From: Eledone cirrhosa
Lineage: Eukaryota
DNA: 64,000 nt
Direction of reading: 5' to 3'
Assembly (NCBI GenBank): GCA_964016885.1
Contig: OZ024742.1
Span: forward strand, 153,016,001-153,080,000
Below, piece by piece: positions 25,401-36,919 of this stretch; the stretch's first letter is position 1; each line of letters starts with the position of its first letter. The position numbers and the translations under genes were made by a program. Below the pieces are notes generated by a model. It did not search any database, had not been told where the DNA came from, and saw only the letters and a program-made list of their open reading frames with translations.

Positions 25401-27946
25401 CATATCCAGTGCTTTTATCGAGAATGACACAGCTACAGACTTATAGAATACTTAGCTGTGTACAGGAACTGGTTTGAAAGAGCGGTTGCCGGTCCGGCAG
25501 AAATTAGAAATTGGATTAAATGCTCTGAAATAGCGATATATATGTGAAGATAGACATAGAATATTCGAAAATATTCTGTATGTTTATAATAAACATTTTG
25601 AAGACCTAATCGCTATAGAATAGAATACGTCACGTATTACAATTAGATTCTCGATAAAAGCAAGGGAAGTAACCTACGCGTTTCATTCTCATTAGAAATC
25701 TTCAGGATTACATATCTAGTGCTTTTATCGAGAATGACACAGCTAGAGACTTATAGAATACTTAGCTGTGTACAGGAACTGGTTTGAAAGAGCGGTTGCC
25801 GGTCCGGCAGAAATTAGAAATTGGATTAAATGCTCTGAAATAGCGATATATATGTGAAGATAGACATAGAATATTCGAAAATATTCTGTATGTTTATAAT
25901 AAACATTTTGAAGACCTAATCGCTATAGAATAGAATACGTCACGTATTACAATTAGATTCTCGATAAAAGCAAGGGAAGTAACCTACGCGTTTCATTCTC
26001 ATTAGAAATCTTCAGGATTACATATCCAGTGCTTTTATCGAGAATGACACAGCTAGAGACTTATAGAATACTTAGCTGTGTACAGGAACTGGTTTGAAAG
26101 AGCGGTTGCCGGTCCGGCAGAAATTAGAAATTGGATTAAATGCTCTGAAATAGCGATATATATGTGAAGATAGACATAGAATATTCGAAAATATTCTGTA
26201 TGTTTATAATAAACATTTTGAAGACCTAATCGCTATAGAATAGAATACGTCACGTATTACAATTAGATTCTCGATAAAAGCAAGGGAAGTAACCTACGCG
26301 TTTCATTCTCATTAGAAATCTTCAGGATTACATATCCAGTGCTTTTATCGAGAATGACACAGCTAGAGACTTATAGAATACTTAGCTGTGTACAGGAACT
26401 GGTTTGAAAGAGCGGTTGCCGGTCCGGCAGAAATTAGAAATTGGATTAAATGCTCTGAAATAGCGATATATATGTGAAGATAGACATAGAATATTCGAAA
26501 ATATTCTGTATGTTTATAATAAACATTTTGAAGACCTAATCGCTATAGAATAGAATACGTCACGTATTACAATTAGATTCTCGATAAAAGCAAGGGAAGT
26601 AACCTACGCGTTTCATTCTCATTAGAAATCTTCAGGATTACATATCCAGTTCTTTTATCGAGAATGACACAGCTAGAGACTTATAGAATACTTAGCTGTG
26701 TACAGGAACTGGTTTGAAAGAGCGGTTGCCGGTCCGGCAGAAATTAGAAATTGGATTAAATGCTCTGAAATAGCGATATATATGTGAAGATAGACATAGA
26801 ATATTCGAAAATATTCTGTATGTTTATAATAAACATTTTGAAGACCTAATCGCTATAGAATAGAATACGTCACGTATTACAATTAGATTCTCGATAAAAG
26901 CCATTGAAGTAACCTACGCGTTTCATTCTCATTAGAAATCTTCAGGATTACATATCCAGTGCTTTTATCGAGAATGACACAGCTAGAGACTTATAGAATA
27001 CTTAGCTGTGTACAGGAACTGGTTTGAAAGAGCGGTTGCCGGTCCGGCAGAAATTAGAAATTGGATTAAATGCTCTGAAATAGCGATATATATGTGAAGA
27101 TAGACATAGAATATTCGAAAATATTCTGTATGTTTATAATAAACATTTTGAAGACCTAATCGCTATAGAATAGAATACGTCACGTATTACAATTAGATTC
27201 TCGATAAAAGCAAGGGAAGTAACCTACGCGTTTCATTCTCATTAGAAATCTTCAGGATTACATATCCAGTGCTTTTATCGAGAATGACACAGCTAGAGAC
27301 TTATAGAATACTTAGCTGTGTACAGGAACTGGTTTGAAAGAGCGGTTGCCGGTCCGGCAGAAATTAGAAATTGGATTAAATGCTCTGAAATAGCGATATA
27401 TATGTGAAGATAGACATAGAATATTCGAAAATATTCTGTATGTTTATAATAAACATTTTGAAGACCTAATCGCTATAGAATAGAATACGTCACGTATTAA
27501 TCTAATTGTAATACGTGACGTATTCTATTCTATAGCGATTAGGTCTTCAAAATGTTTATTATAAACATACAGAATATTTTCGAATATTCTATGTCTATCT
27601 TCACATATATATCGCTATTTCAGAGCATTTAATCCAATTTCTAATTTCTGCCGGACCGGCAACCGCTCTTTCAAACCAGTTCCTGTACACAGCTAAGTAT
27701 TCTATAAGTCTCTAGCTGTGTCATTCTCGATAAAAGCACTGGATATGTAATCCTGAAGATTTCTAATGAGAATGAAACGCGTAGGTTACTTCCCTTGCTT
27801 TTATCGAGAATCTAATTGTAATACGTGACGTATTCTATTCTATAGCGATTAGGTCTTCAAAATGTTTATTATAAACATACAGAATATTTTCGAATATTCT
27901 ATGTCTATCTTCACATATATATCGCTATTTCAGAGCATTTAATCCA

Positions 27947-27950
<4 letters not shown>
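22447..27950 (-). repeat. 310-bp tandem array (16 full units plus a partial one, then ~1.45 units inverted from 27499); one HHR per unit; retrozyme-like
   Basis: Exact 310-nt period (22447, 22757 ... 27407); units almost identical; no ORF; flanked by (TA)n. Confidence 0.95.
27747..27789 (+). ncRNA. Minimal type I HHR of the 310-bp unit (plus-strand copy; 16 more on the minus strand, first at ~22569-22611)
   Basis: GUAAUC-CUGAAGA(27753-27759)-U-UUCU-AAUG-AGAA-U-GAA-ACGCGU-A|GGUUAC; stem I extended by a 16-bp perfect helix AUUCUCGAUAAAAGCA/UGCUUUUAUCGAGAAU. Confidence 0.88.
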
Positions 27951-27984
<34 letters not shown>

Positions 27985-27988
<4 letters not shown>

Positions 27989-29190
27989 GAATAATCGAGT
28001 ATCGGAAAATCAGCTCACGAATTAACGATAAACAATATCCGATATGAGTGGCAGAGGGCTCAATAATTTGGATAAATCAGAGCTATAACTATCGTTACAT
28101 TACCAACACATAGAGATTATGCCTAAAATCACCCGTACAGCCGAAAAAGAACGACCAGGAATATTCGGGTCACTCAAATATTAATAAATCAATAATTTAA
28201 ATGAATGTAAAAAACTTACCCGGACCCGCTAGAAGGGTGTTAAATCTAGCTTCTTGGGTTTCTGCAATTCCTTAATCCGTTCACTATCAGCCCACATAAA
28301 AATATATGAGACTTCTAGAGAAGGAGTGGACCGGAAGAGCTTTATCAACGGGTTCCGTCCGATAATAAAGAAGCGACCTTTAGCCAAACACGCACATGGA
28401 GCCCACCAAGGGAGATAACCTCTATATTAGCGAAAAAATGTTCGGTAATGTGGATAATGTAGGAATACAAAATATCACATATCAAATCAGAGTGCTCAAT
28501 AGACATGTTAAAATAAACAGGAGCTATTCATCAGTCAATAGAATCGACAAAAAATGATCAATAAAATTAACTGGTCAATAGCTAGGTCTAGAGCTAAATA
28601 TAATAGAATAATCGAGTATCGGAAAATCAGCTCACGAATTAACGATAAACATTATCCGATATGATTGGCAGAGGGCTCAATAATTTGGATAAATCAGAGC
28701 TATAACTATCGTTAAATTACCAACACATAGAGATTATGCCTAAAATAACCCGTACAGCCGAAAAAGAACAACCAGGAAGCTTCCGGTCACTCAAATAAAA
28801 TATCAATAAATCAATAATTTAAATGGATGTAAAAAACTTACCCGGACCCACTAGAAAGGGTGTTAAATCTAGCTTCTTGGGTTTCTGCAATTCCTTAATC
28901 CGTTCACTATCAGCCCACATAAAAATATATAAGACTTCTAGAGAAGGAGTGGACCGGAAGAGCTTTATCAACGGGTTCCGTCCGATAATAAAGAAGTGAG
29001 CTTTAGCCAGACACGCACATGGTGCCCAGCAAGGGAGATAACCTCTATATTAGCGAAAAAAATTTCGGTAATGTGGAAATTATGTAGGAATACAAAATAT
29101 CACATATCGAATCAGAGTGCTCAATAGACATGTTAAAATAAACAGGAGCTATTCATCAGTCAATAGAATCGACAAAAAATGACCAATAAT
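27985..29190. repeat. Two diverged tandem copies of a ~615-bp non-coding unit
   Basis: TAATAGAATAATCGAGTATCGG starts near 27985 and 28601; flanked by (TA)n. Confidence 0.9.
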
Positions 29191-29220
29191 GTTATATATA
29201 TATATGTATATATATATATA

Positions 29221-29300
29221 TAAATCCGTAGACTAAATATTTATTATTTTCTCTACAGATTAAGGTTTAAGCAACGAATCGCTGCTTTCACTCATAACGG

Positions 29301-29376
<76 letters not shown>

Positions 29377-29456
29377 CCGTTATGAGTGAAAGCAGCGGTT
29401 CGTTGCTTAAACCTTAATCTGTAGAGAAAATAATAAATATTTAGTCTACGGATTTA
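29221..29456. repeat. Inverted repeat with ~83-bp arms around a (TA)n spacer
   Basis: 29221-29303 is the reverse complement of 29373-29456 with one visible mismatch. Confidence 0.92.
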
Positions 29457-29476
29457 TATATATATATATATATACA

Positions 29477-30337
29477 ACAACTAGAAATTGATTTACATAT
29501 AAATTAACATATGAAACAATCACAGGGGATAATTTTTACAAGTGTGTAAGCACACATAGCTAGGTAGGTAAATAAATAAAATTAACTAGAACTTCAAAAA
29601 TAGATACCTTATAATATAATTAATCTTCCCTGTATATATTCCATTAAAGAAATATATTTCACCAAGTAATCGAATGGTAAATCACGGAGGCCGATACTTG
29701 GATTTTCAACAAGGAAAAAGTTCAGCCATCTGTGTTTACGCATTAAGTTCAAATCAGCGACTGGCCAGTAACACGTGCTGCATCTACTAAAAATCTACAC
29801 ATCATACCAGCTTCGTCTCAGTGGCTTGAACAGGGTTATCGACAACTAGAAACAGCCATCAAGTCATTTCAACAGAGTTAGCTCTATAATTAAGGAGCCG
29901 TATTTATATATCTATATCCAACATTAAGATAAATCAAAGTGAATTTAATCTAAATCAAAATTATGGGTGTCATGCAAGAAAGTCATGCTCCATATCACCC
30001 GTAAAATAAGCTCCAAGATTCTAATGAATAGGTCCGAGCATTTTATAACAACTAGAAATTGATTAACATATAAATAAACATATAAAACAATCACAGGGTT
30101 CTAGTTAACTTTATTTAGTTACCTAACAAGCTATGTGTGCTTACACACTTGTAAAAATTATCCCGTGATTGTTTCATATGTTTATTTAAATGTTAATCAA
30201 TTTCTAGTTGTTATAAAATGCTCGGACCTATTCATTATAATCTTGGAGGTTATTTTACCGGTGATATGGCGCATGCCTTTCTGGCATGACACCCATAATT
30301 TTGATTTAGATTAAATTCACTTTGATTTATCTTAATT
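29477..30337. repeat. ~571-bp unit with partial tandem repeat followed by fold-back inversion
   Basis: AACAACTAGAAATTGAT recurs at ~29477 and ~30048; 30098-30337 is the reverse complement of the unit junction region. Confidence 0.8.
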
Positions 30338-31049
30338 GTGGATATAGATATATGTATGTATATATATATTATACTATCAAGAAAACGAAAAAACAGTGAT
30401 GCATCTGGACTTAGTTTATTTTGTGTTACAAATATTTCGCCGGCATGTAGCTCGAGTCATGATCCTTGTATGGCTTTGGCTGATTCTACTTCTGCGGGTT
30501 CTTTCAGACAGGGGTGTTACGTCCAGAGCAAATTTCATCACTGGGGTGTTATCACCTTCAAAAAGCCCTATTTCCACTCTTGTCATGCCATAGGCTATTT
30601 TTACTTCACGTCATCACAAGTTGTGGTCAGTATCTGCTGCCACACGGTTCATCAACCATTTTTCTGTCCGACACATTTCAATGGAGTAATGCTGGGTTCA
30701 GTACTTCAACCGTCTCCTCACACTTCAGAGTAAGCACCAACACATACTAAAATACACACATAACAACACACACACATGCAGACACATACCCATCTATGCA
30801 TACACACACGTACGCCTACATGCGCAGAGACACACGCCCCCACATACATCCATCGAAGTATATATACTCACACACCGTCTCTCCCTCACTTACACGGACC
30901 CATTAACATCCACTTGTTGATACATGCCGCCACGAGTCTTCTGACGGCAGTTTACTTCGCGCGCTGTATCAATTGGGATAAGCGTATCCTACTCAAACAT
31001 ACCCATACACACGCGCGCACATACACATGCGTCCAACCTTCTAAACATT

Positions 31050-31110
<61 letters not shown>

Positions 31111-31623
31111 TCATACACACATACATACTCATGCATACATATATCAACACATATGTGTACACACGCATATATATATATACACACATATTCATCCAAACAC
31201 ACACATACATATATAAATGTATACTCACAAATGTCCACACATAGATACGAATACACATACGTACATAAACATTACCTACACCCGTATATACACGCATATA
31301 CATATAATATAGATATATACCCACAAGAGAAAAGAGACAACTTAACATGCGTACGCACATCCACACATATACATACAAATACCCACCCATATGCCGATAT
31401 ACATACATTTACAGATGCATACGTATATGTGTTGCCACATGCATACACCTGCACGCATGCATACCTGCCTACACACACATGTGTTACCACACATACATAT
31501 ATAAACACACCTGTAAGTGAACAGTTAAAAATACATAATGCAATAAGAACAATATCGCACAGAACAACGGTAAATTCCCGTAACATAAAACAATAAAATA
31601 TACAATGTAATATAATATGCACT

Positions 31624-31660
<37 letters not shown>

Positions 31661-31729
31661 TATGAAGAGAGAAGAAACATTTAGATATAATTAGTAATAA
31701 AATGAATCATACCTAAACTGCTCCTAGAT

Positions 31730-31819
31730 TCCTCGACTACGTAGTTTCGTGGCATAAACAAAAACAATACATCATAAAGATATAGAGTCCTTGCGAGGTC
31801 TGCTGGCTTATCAAGAGGA
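31730..31819 (-). ncRNA. Type I HHR, U3-A8 core variant, in a pLTR-like fragment (~31660-32100)
   Basis: Minus strand: UCCUC-UUGAUAA-[~60 nt stem II domain]-GAA-ACUACGUAGU-C|GAGGA; palindromic stem III. Confidence 0.7.
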
Positions 31820-32153
31820 TACCTCGTTTTACTAGCTTCAAGAACGCGTCTACATGACGTGAGAAAGAATCCCAAAAGGCGGAGGGGGAGATAGTCACGC
31901 GATATAACGGTCGAGAAACAGAGCTAAGCCTCTTATAACCCCGAAGAAAATACCACGGAGGCGGAGGGGGTATTTATATCGAAGCCGTAGAAGAGGTGGT
32001 GAAGGAGAAGAGAAGTATGAGTAATGGCAGCTTTCCAGCAGTCACCACACTTCAGAGATTACTCGACCAGAGGGAGTTATAAACAATATTTTTAGAAACA
32101 CACAGATACATGCGGACACACACATATATATACATGAATGCATCCACACCCAA

Positions 32154-32195
<42 letters not shown>

Positions 32196-32543
32196 ATTAT
32201 ACATATATACATACACACACATACATATACACACACGTACACAGACTCATACATACATATACGGATATATATAGAGGATATGTGATAAAATAATACAACA
32301 TAAATAATGGTAATAATAAAAAGTATATATAGTCCATATATAATCATCCGCGCACATTCCTATGAGATGCACATAAACATATAATTGTATGCACAAATAC
32401 ATGTACACACTTATATAGGCAGGCATATAATGTACCTGCACCCACATACACATCCACATATATACACATACACACACACATATATATATATACGCTCACT
32501 TACCCACCTACTCAAACGTGGCTATACGTACATACTCACCCAT

Positions 32544-32607
<64 letters not shown>

Positions 32608-32861
32608 TCACATATCGACACACATATACATATACACACACCCACACACACATACACTCACATTCCGCCACATATGTATATATATGCACATGTCTGCACA
32701 TACAGACGCTTATAAGCTCGTGCACACATGCACCCATGCCCATACGCACACTCCAGTACCCACCCACGTATATATATGCATACATACGCATCTACACACA
32801 CACAAGCACATATACCCAGACACATGTCCACACATAAAGTAGACCGCTTACAGCGATTTGC

Positions 32862-35091
32862 CATGGAAAAATTCAACTCCTCTTCTTCCATGAAAAACAT
32901 ACCGATCAGGTCAGATAACACGTACATGGGCCTACTGCTATACCACACCAACTCGTTCATCAGACGCACGAGGTAGCGCGCATTTCACCACGACAGGCGG
33001 ACACAACAACAAGCGCCAGACGCCCCTCAGGACCGCCTAAAGCGGATATTTAGATAGAGAAGACACCCACCACACAATGCACAACTGGAGGAATTTGAAA
33101 ACCGTATTGTCAACATAGTTCGTAACATCAAGTTCCATAGAAATACTGCGCGGCGGACAAAGAATCTCAAAAGTCTCGGAGCCACCATCAAAAGCATGGA
33201 AAAATGCCAGTATATACTCGTGCCCTCAAACAAGACTGGTAACGTATACATGCTTGACCGTTCTACATATAATGACTGCCTCAGGAAAGAGATTAGGAAA
33301 AACTATCGGACCACTGGACAGACAAATTTAGATAGTATTAACGCCACGGCAAAAAGTATACTGACAGGGCTAGGACTAGAGGATAGGACTGAGGTATGTG
33401 TACCTAGAAAACCACGGATATCTATTAAGGAACACACATTATACTTTAAAAATAAGCTACCCGTTAGGTTAATAGCACCACCCAAATGCGACCTAGGAAG
33501 GACCAGTAAGAATATTATAGATAGGATAATACCGGTACTTAGAAACAAAACTAAGCTTAGCCTACGGACCTCAACTAAGGAGGTAATTAACTGGTTCTCA
33601 GCAAAAGATGAAAAAAACCAAGTAAATTGATATGGCGTGCGGAAATGCCAATAGTGTGGGCGCCTCCTTAGGTAGAAGAATTGACCCGGTAGCAGTAGCC
33701 AGGAACACAAATAGCAACACTACTAGCATTAATGACACAGGACCTACCAGAGATAGGACTAAGGCACTCATGGGAGCCAGACCACCCAGTGTACGGAGGC
33801 ATGGGCCTGGCACGCACACTGCATATTCCGTGGCAACTGGGACCTTGGACAGGACTTCGACAAATAAGAACGGGGCACACGCCAGGGAGCACGACCAGCC
33901 TGGTTCTAGTGCTACAACACCGACAATAGCATCACATAGACCAAAGGGGAATAGACGTATAGATGACCACATAGAACGATGTAACTCTATAACTGTAGAA
34001 CATAACCACGACGAACGTAGCGGGCAAATAGACAGGGACAACACACGAGACGAAATTGTGGTTGGGCAGAACACTGGACAGACACCGAGCCCTGGACACA
34101 CCATCAAGAATCCACGCATACGAAGGAACAGATCTAAGTGCGTTACTTGGTTCAATGCACCTTACTCTAAACATGTACGCACCAACGTGCCAGGACTTTT
34201 CTTCCGAGCGCTCGATGAGTGCTTTCCGACGACAAATAAGTACCACAACATTTTCAACCGCCACAGGGTGAAATTTTCCTTCTCCACGGCGCCGAATATG
34301 GCCGACTACATGGCTAGAACTAACGCGGTGAAGATGCCGCCACTGGCCGTCAACAGCGGCGACAGAGTGACCATGTTTAGGAGCGCGGAGAACCACCTAG
34401 GAACCTCCCTTCACAGGACAACCCGGCCCCCGAGGCGACCAGAGCGCCCGCCGAGGGTGATATGGTCCAACACCGTGAGGGAAATAGTGGCATGGGGGAG
34501 GAAATGTGTCGGCGGTGCAACACCCCGAGAACCTTGAGAGGGCCATAACAGATCAGGGCCCAGAAATCGGACGCACGAGAAATGACAGCAGAACTTGCAA
34601 CTGTAGAGCGGGCACCCAGTGCCCCCTACAGGGAAAATGCTTAATGAAAGACTTAATATACAAGTGTGTAGCTACAACCAAAAATGCGCATCGAACCTAA
34701 ATCGGTGCAACATCCACGACCTTTAAAGCGCGGATGTATAATCACACGAATTCCTTCAGGGACCGTAGCAAAAGGCACTCCACTAGGTTAGCGGCACTCC
34801 ACTGGGTTAGCGGACTTCGTGTGCGACATGAAAGACCACGGCACTCCATACGCTCTGGAATGGAGTATCGTTCGCCACGCGTGGGCATATTTGGCCGGAA
34901 GAAGAAAGTGCCGATTGTGCCCACACGAGGCCATGGAGATAGTCAAACTGAAGGATGACGCCGTCAACCTGAATGCTGAAATTATCATGATATGCAGACA
35001 CCAGAGAAGATGCACATTTGCAGCATGGAATCCGCCGGGTGACGCAGGCAAGGGGCATGGGAATGAGTACGCACAGACCCGATTGGCCTAG
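32862..35091 (+). pseudogene. GC-richer Naiad-type PLE ORF lacking the RT catalytic core
   Basis: SMKNIPIRS..SFIRRTR, SNKTGNVY, SIKEH..VRLIAPPK, VINWF; then linker, WFNAPYS, CNCRAGTQCPL, IYKC..IGATSTTFKARMYNH, CRLC, CRH; no FDI/MGS/YRDD/FLD motifs. Confidence 0.85.
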
Positions 35092-35399
35092 CGGGTTGAG
35101 GGGACCTGACGCCATGCCATGATGACAGTGTCTGACCCGTGGAGCAATCATATGTAAACCGGGTGCGCACGTGACCGGGTACACAACATGGAAGTTACAC
35201 CGCATGGGCCGTGACCAGCTGACACGGGGCCCACTGAAATCCGGTCCTGTGCTATAAATGTATAGAACAGTACACCCCATCCACGGTACCATGCCCCATG
35301 GCGACCCTGACGGGCGTTACATTGAAAATGTACACCGTCAATCGTGACTATATACTCTACATCTGTTCCACTTTGGAACACTGATTAGTATTATCATTA

Positions 35400-35557
35400 T
35401 GTGGATTGGCAGTATCGGTAGACAGTCGGACGCCATGCTTTACAGCATAGTTACGTCCCTTTACGGTCTGAGTTCAAATCCCGGGGGTCGATAAAATAAA
35501 GTACCAGTAATGCACTGGATAATTTGCTGGCCTTGTGCCAAAAGTAGAAACAATTAT
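35400..35557 (+). mobile_element. tRNA-derived SINE copy (internally deleted)
   Basis: Matches 7846-8027. Confidence 0.85.
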
Positions 35558-35844
35558 TGTTCTATCATTGTTCGGTTACTGATACCTGTTTTATACACGG
35601 ACAAAGCTTTGCATCTCATGATAGCTGTATGTAGTATATCGCATGGACGCACGCACCTTCTCTTGTAACCCCCCCCCCCCCCTCCCTGTTTTTTATTTTT
35701 TTATTTTACCCGTTCCTTTATTTTACCCCTTCTTTTCTTGTACCTATTTATGCAGTTACACACAGATTTTAATGTACCCTAAAATATTGTAAATGTATTT
35801 ATTTATTTTATTTTATTATCATATTGTGTTTATATTCCCGTGTT

Positions 35845-36250
35845 TTTATGTGTGGACATGTGTGTGGGTATATGCGTATGTATGCATATATATACGTGGG
35901 TGGGTGCTGGGTGTGTGTATGGGCACGGGTGCGTGTGTGCGCGAGCTTATACGCGCCTGTATGTGCAGACATGTGTGTGGGTATATGTGCATGTGTGTGA
36001 GTAGATGCGTATGTATGCATATATATACGTGGGTGGGTGCTGGGGTGTGTGTATGGGCACGGGTGCGTGAGTGCACGAGCTTATACGCGCCTGTATGTGC
36101 AGACGTGTGTGGGTATATGTGCATGTGTGTGAGTAGATGCGTATGTATGCATATATATACGTGGGTGGGTGCTAGGTTGTGTGTATGGGCATGGGTACGT
36201 GTGTGCACGAGCTTATACGCACCTGTATGTGCAGACATGTGCATATATAT
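35845..36250. repeat. About 3 tandem copies of a ~125-bp GT-rich unit in the PLE 3'UTR
   Basis: Repeated ATATATACGTGGGTGGGTGCT..GAGCTTATACGC..TGTATGTGCAGAC. Confidence 0.8.
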
Positions 36251-36584
36251 AAATATGTGGCGGAATGTGGGTGTATGTGGGTGTGGGTATGTGTATATGT
36301 GTGTCTATATATGAGCATATATATATATATATATGTATGGGTGAGTATGTACGTATAGCCACGTCTGAGTAGGTGTGTGTGTGCGTGGGTGGGTATGTGT
36401 GCGTATATATATGTATGTGTGTATGTGTATACATGTGGATGTGTATGTGGGTGCAGGTACATGTATATGCGGGCCTATATAAGTGTGTACATGTATTTGT
36501 GCATACAAGTATGTGATTATGTGCATTTCATAGGAATGTGCGCGGATGATTATATATGGACTATATATATGCTTTTTGGTGGGA

Positions 36585-36742
36585 CGCCCTGCTTGGACGC
36601 ATAGAGTTACGGCCCTTGCCATTTCGAGTTCAAATCCCGCCAAGGTTAACTTTGCCTTTCATTCTTACGGGGTCGATAAAATAAAGTACCAGTAATACAC
36701 TGGGTAATTGCTGGCCTTGTGCCTAACGTAGAAACAACTATT
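36585..36742 (+). mobile_element. tRNA-derived SINE copy (5'-partial)
   Basis: GAGTTCAAATCCCGCC..GGGGTCGATAAAATAAAGTACCAG..GTAGAAACA; absent from the mirror arm. Confidence 0.8.
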
Positions 36743-36861
36743 ATTCTTGTATTATTTCATCACATATCCTCTATATATATCCGTATATATCCGTATATGT
36801 ATGTATGTGTGTCTGTGTACGTGTGTGTATATGTATGTGTGTGTATGTATATATGTATAAT

Positions 36862-36919
<58 letters not shown>

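Noticed and set aside
22447-27406. 310-bp array as CRISPR, rDNA/5S or tRNA cluster
   Set aside because: No unique spacers or cas genes; no recognisable rRNA, tRNA cloverleaf or A/B boxes
30338-30750. ORFs of 65-131 aa with a mirror at 37653-38006
   Set aside because: Frames are not conserved between the two inverted copies; the region is better explained as pLTR
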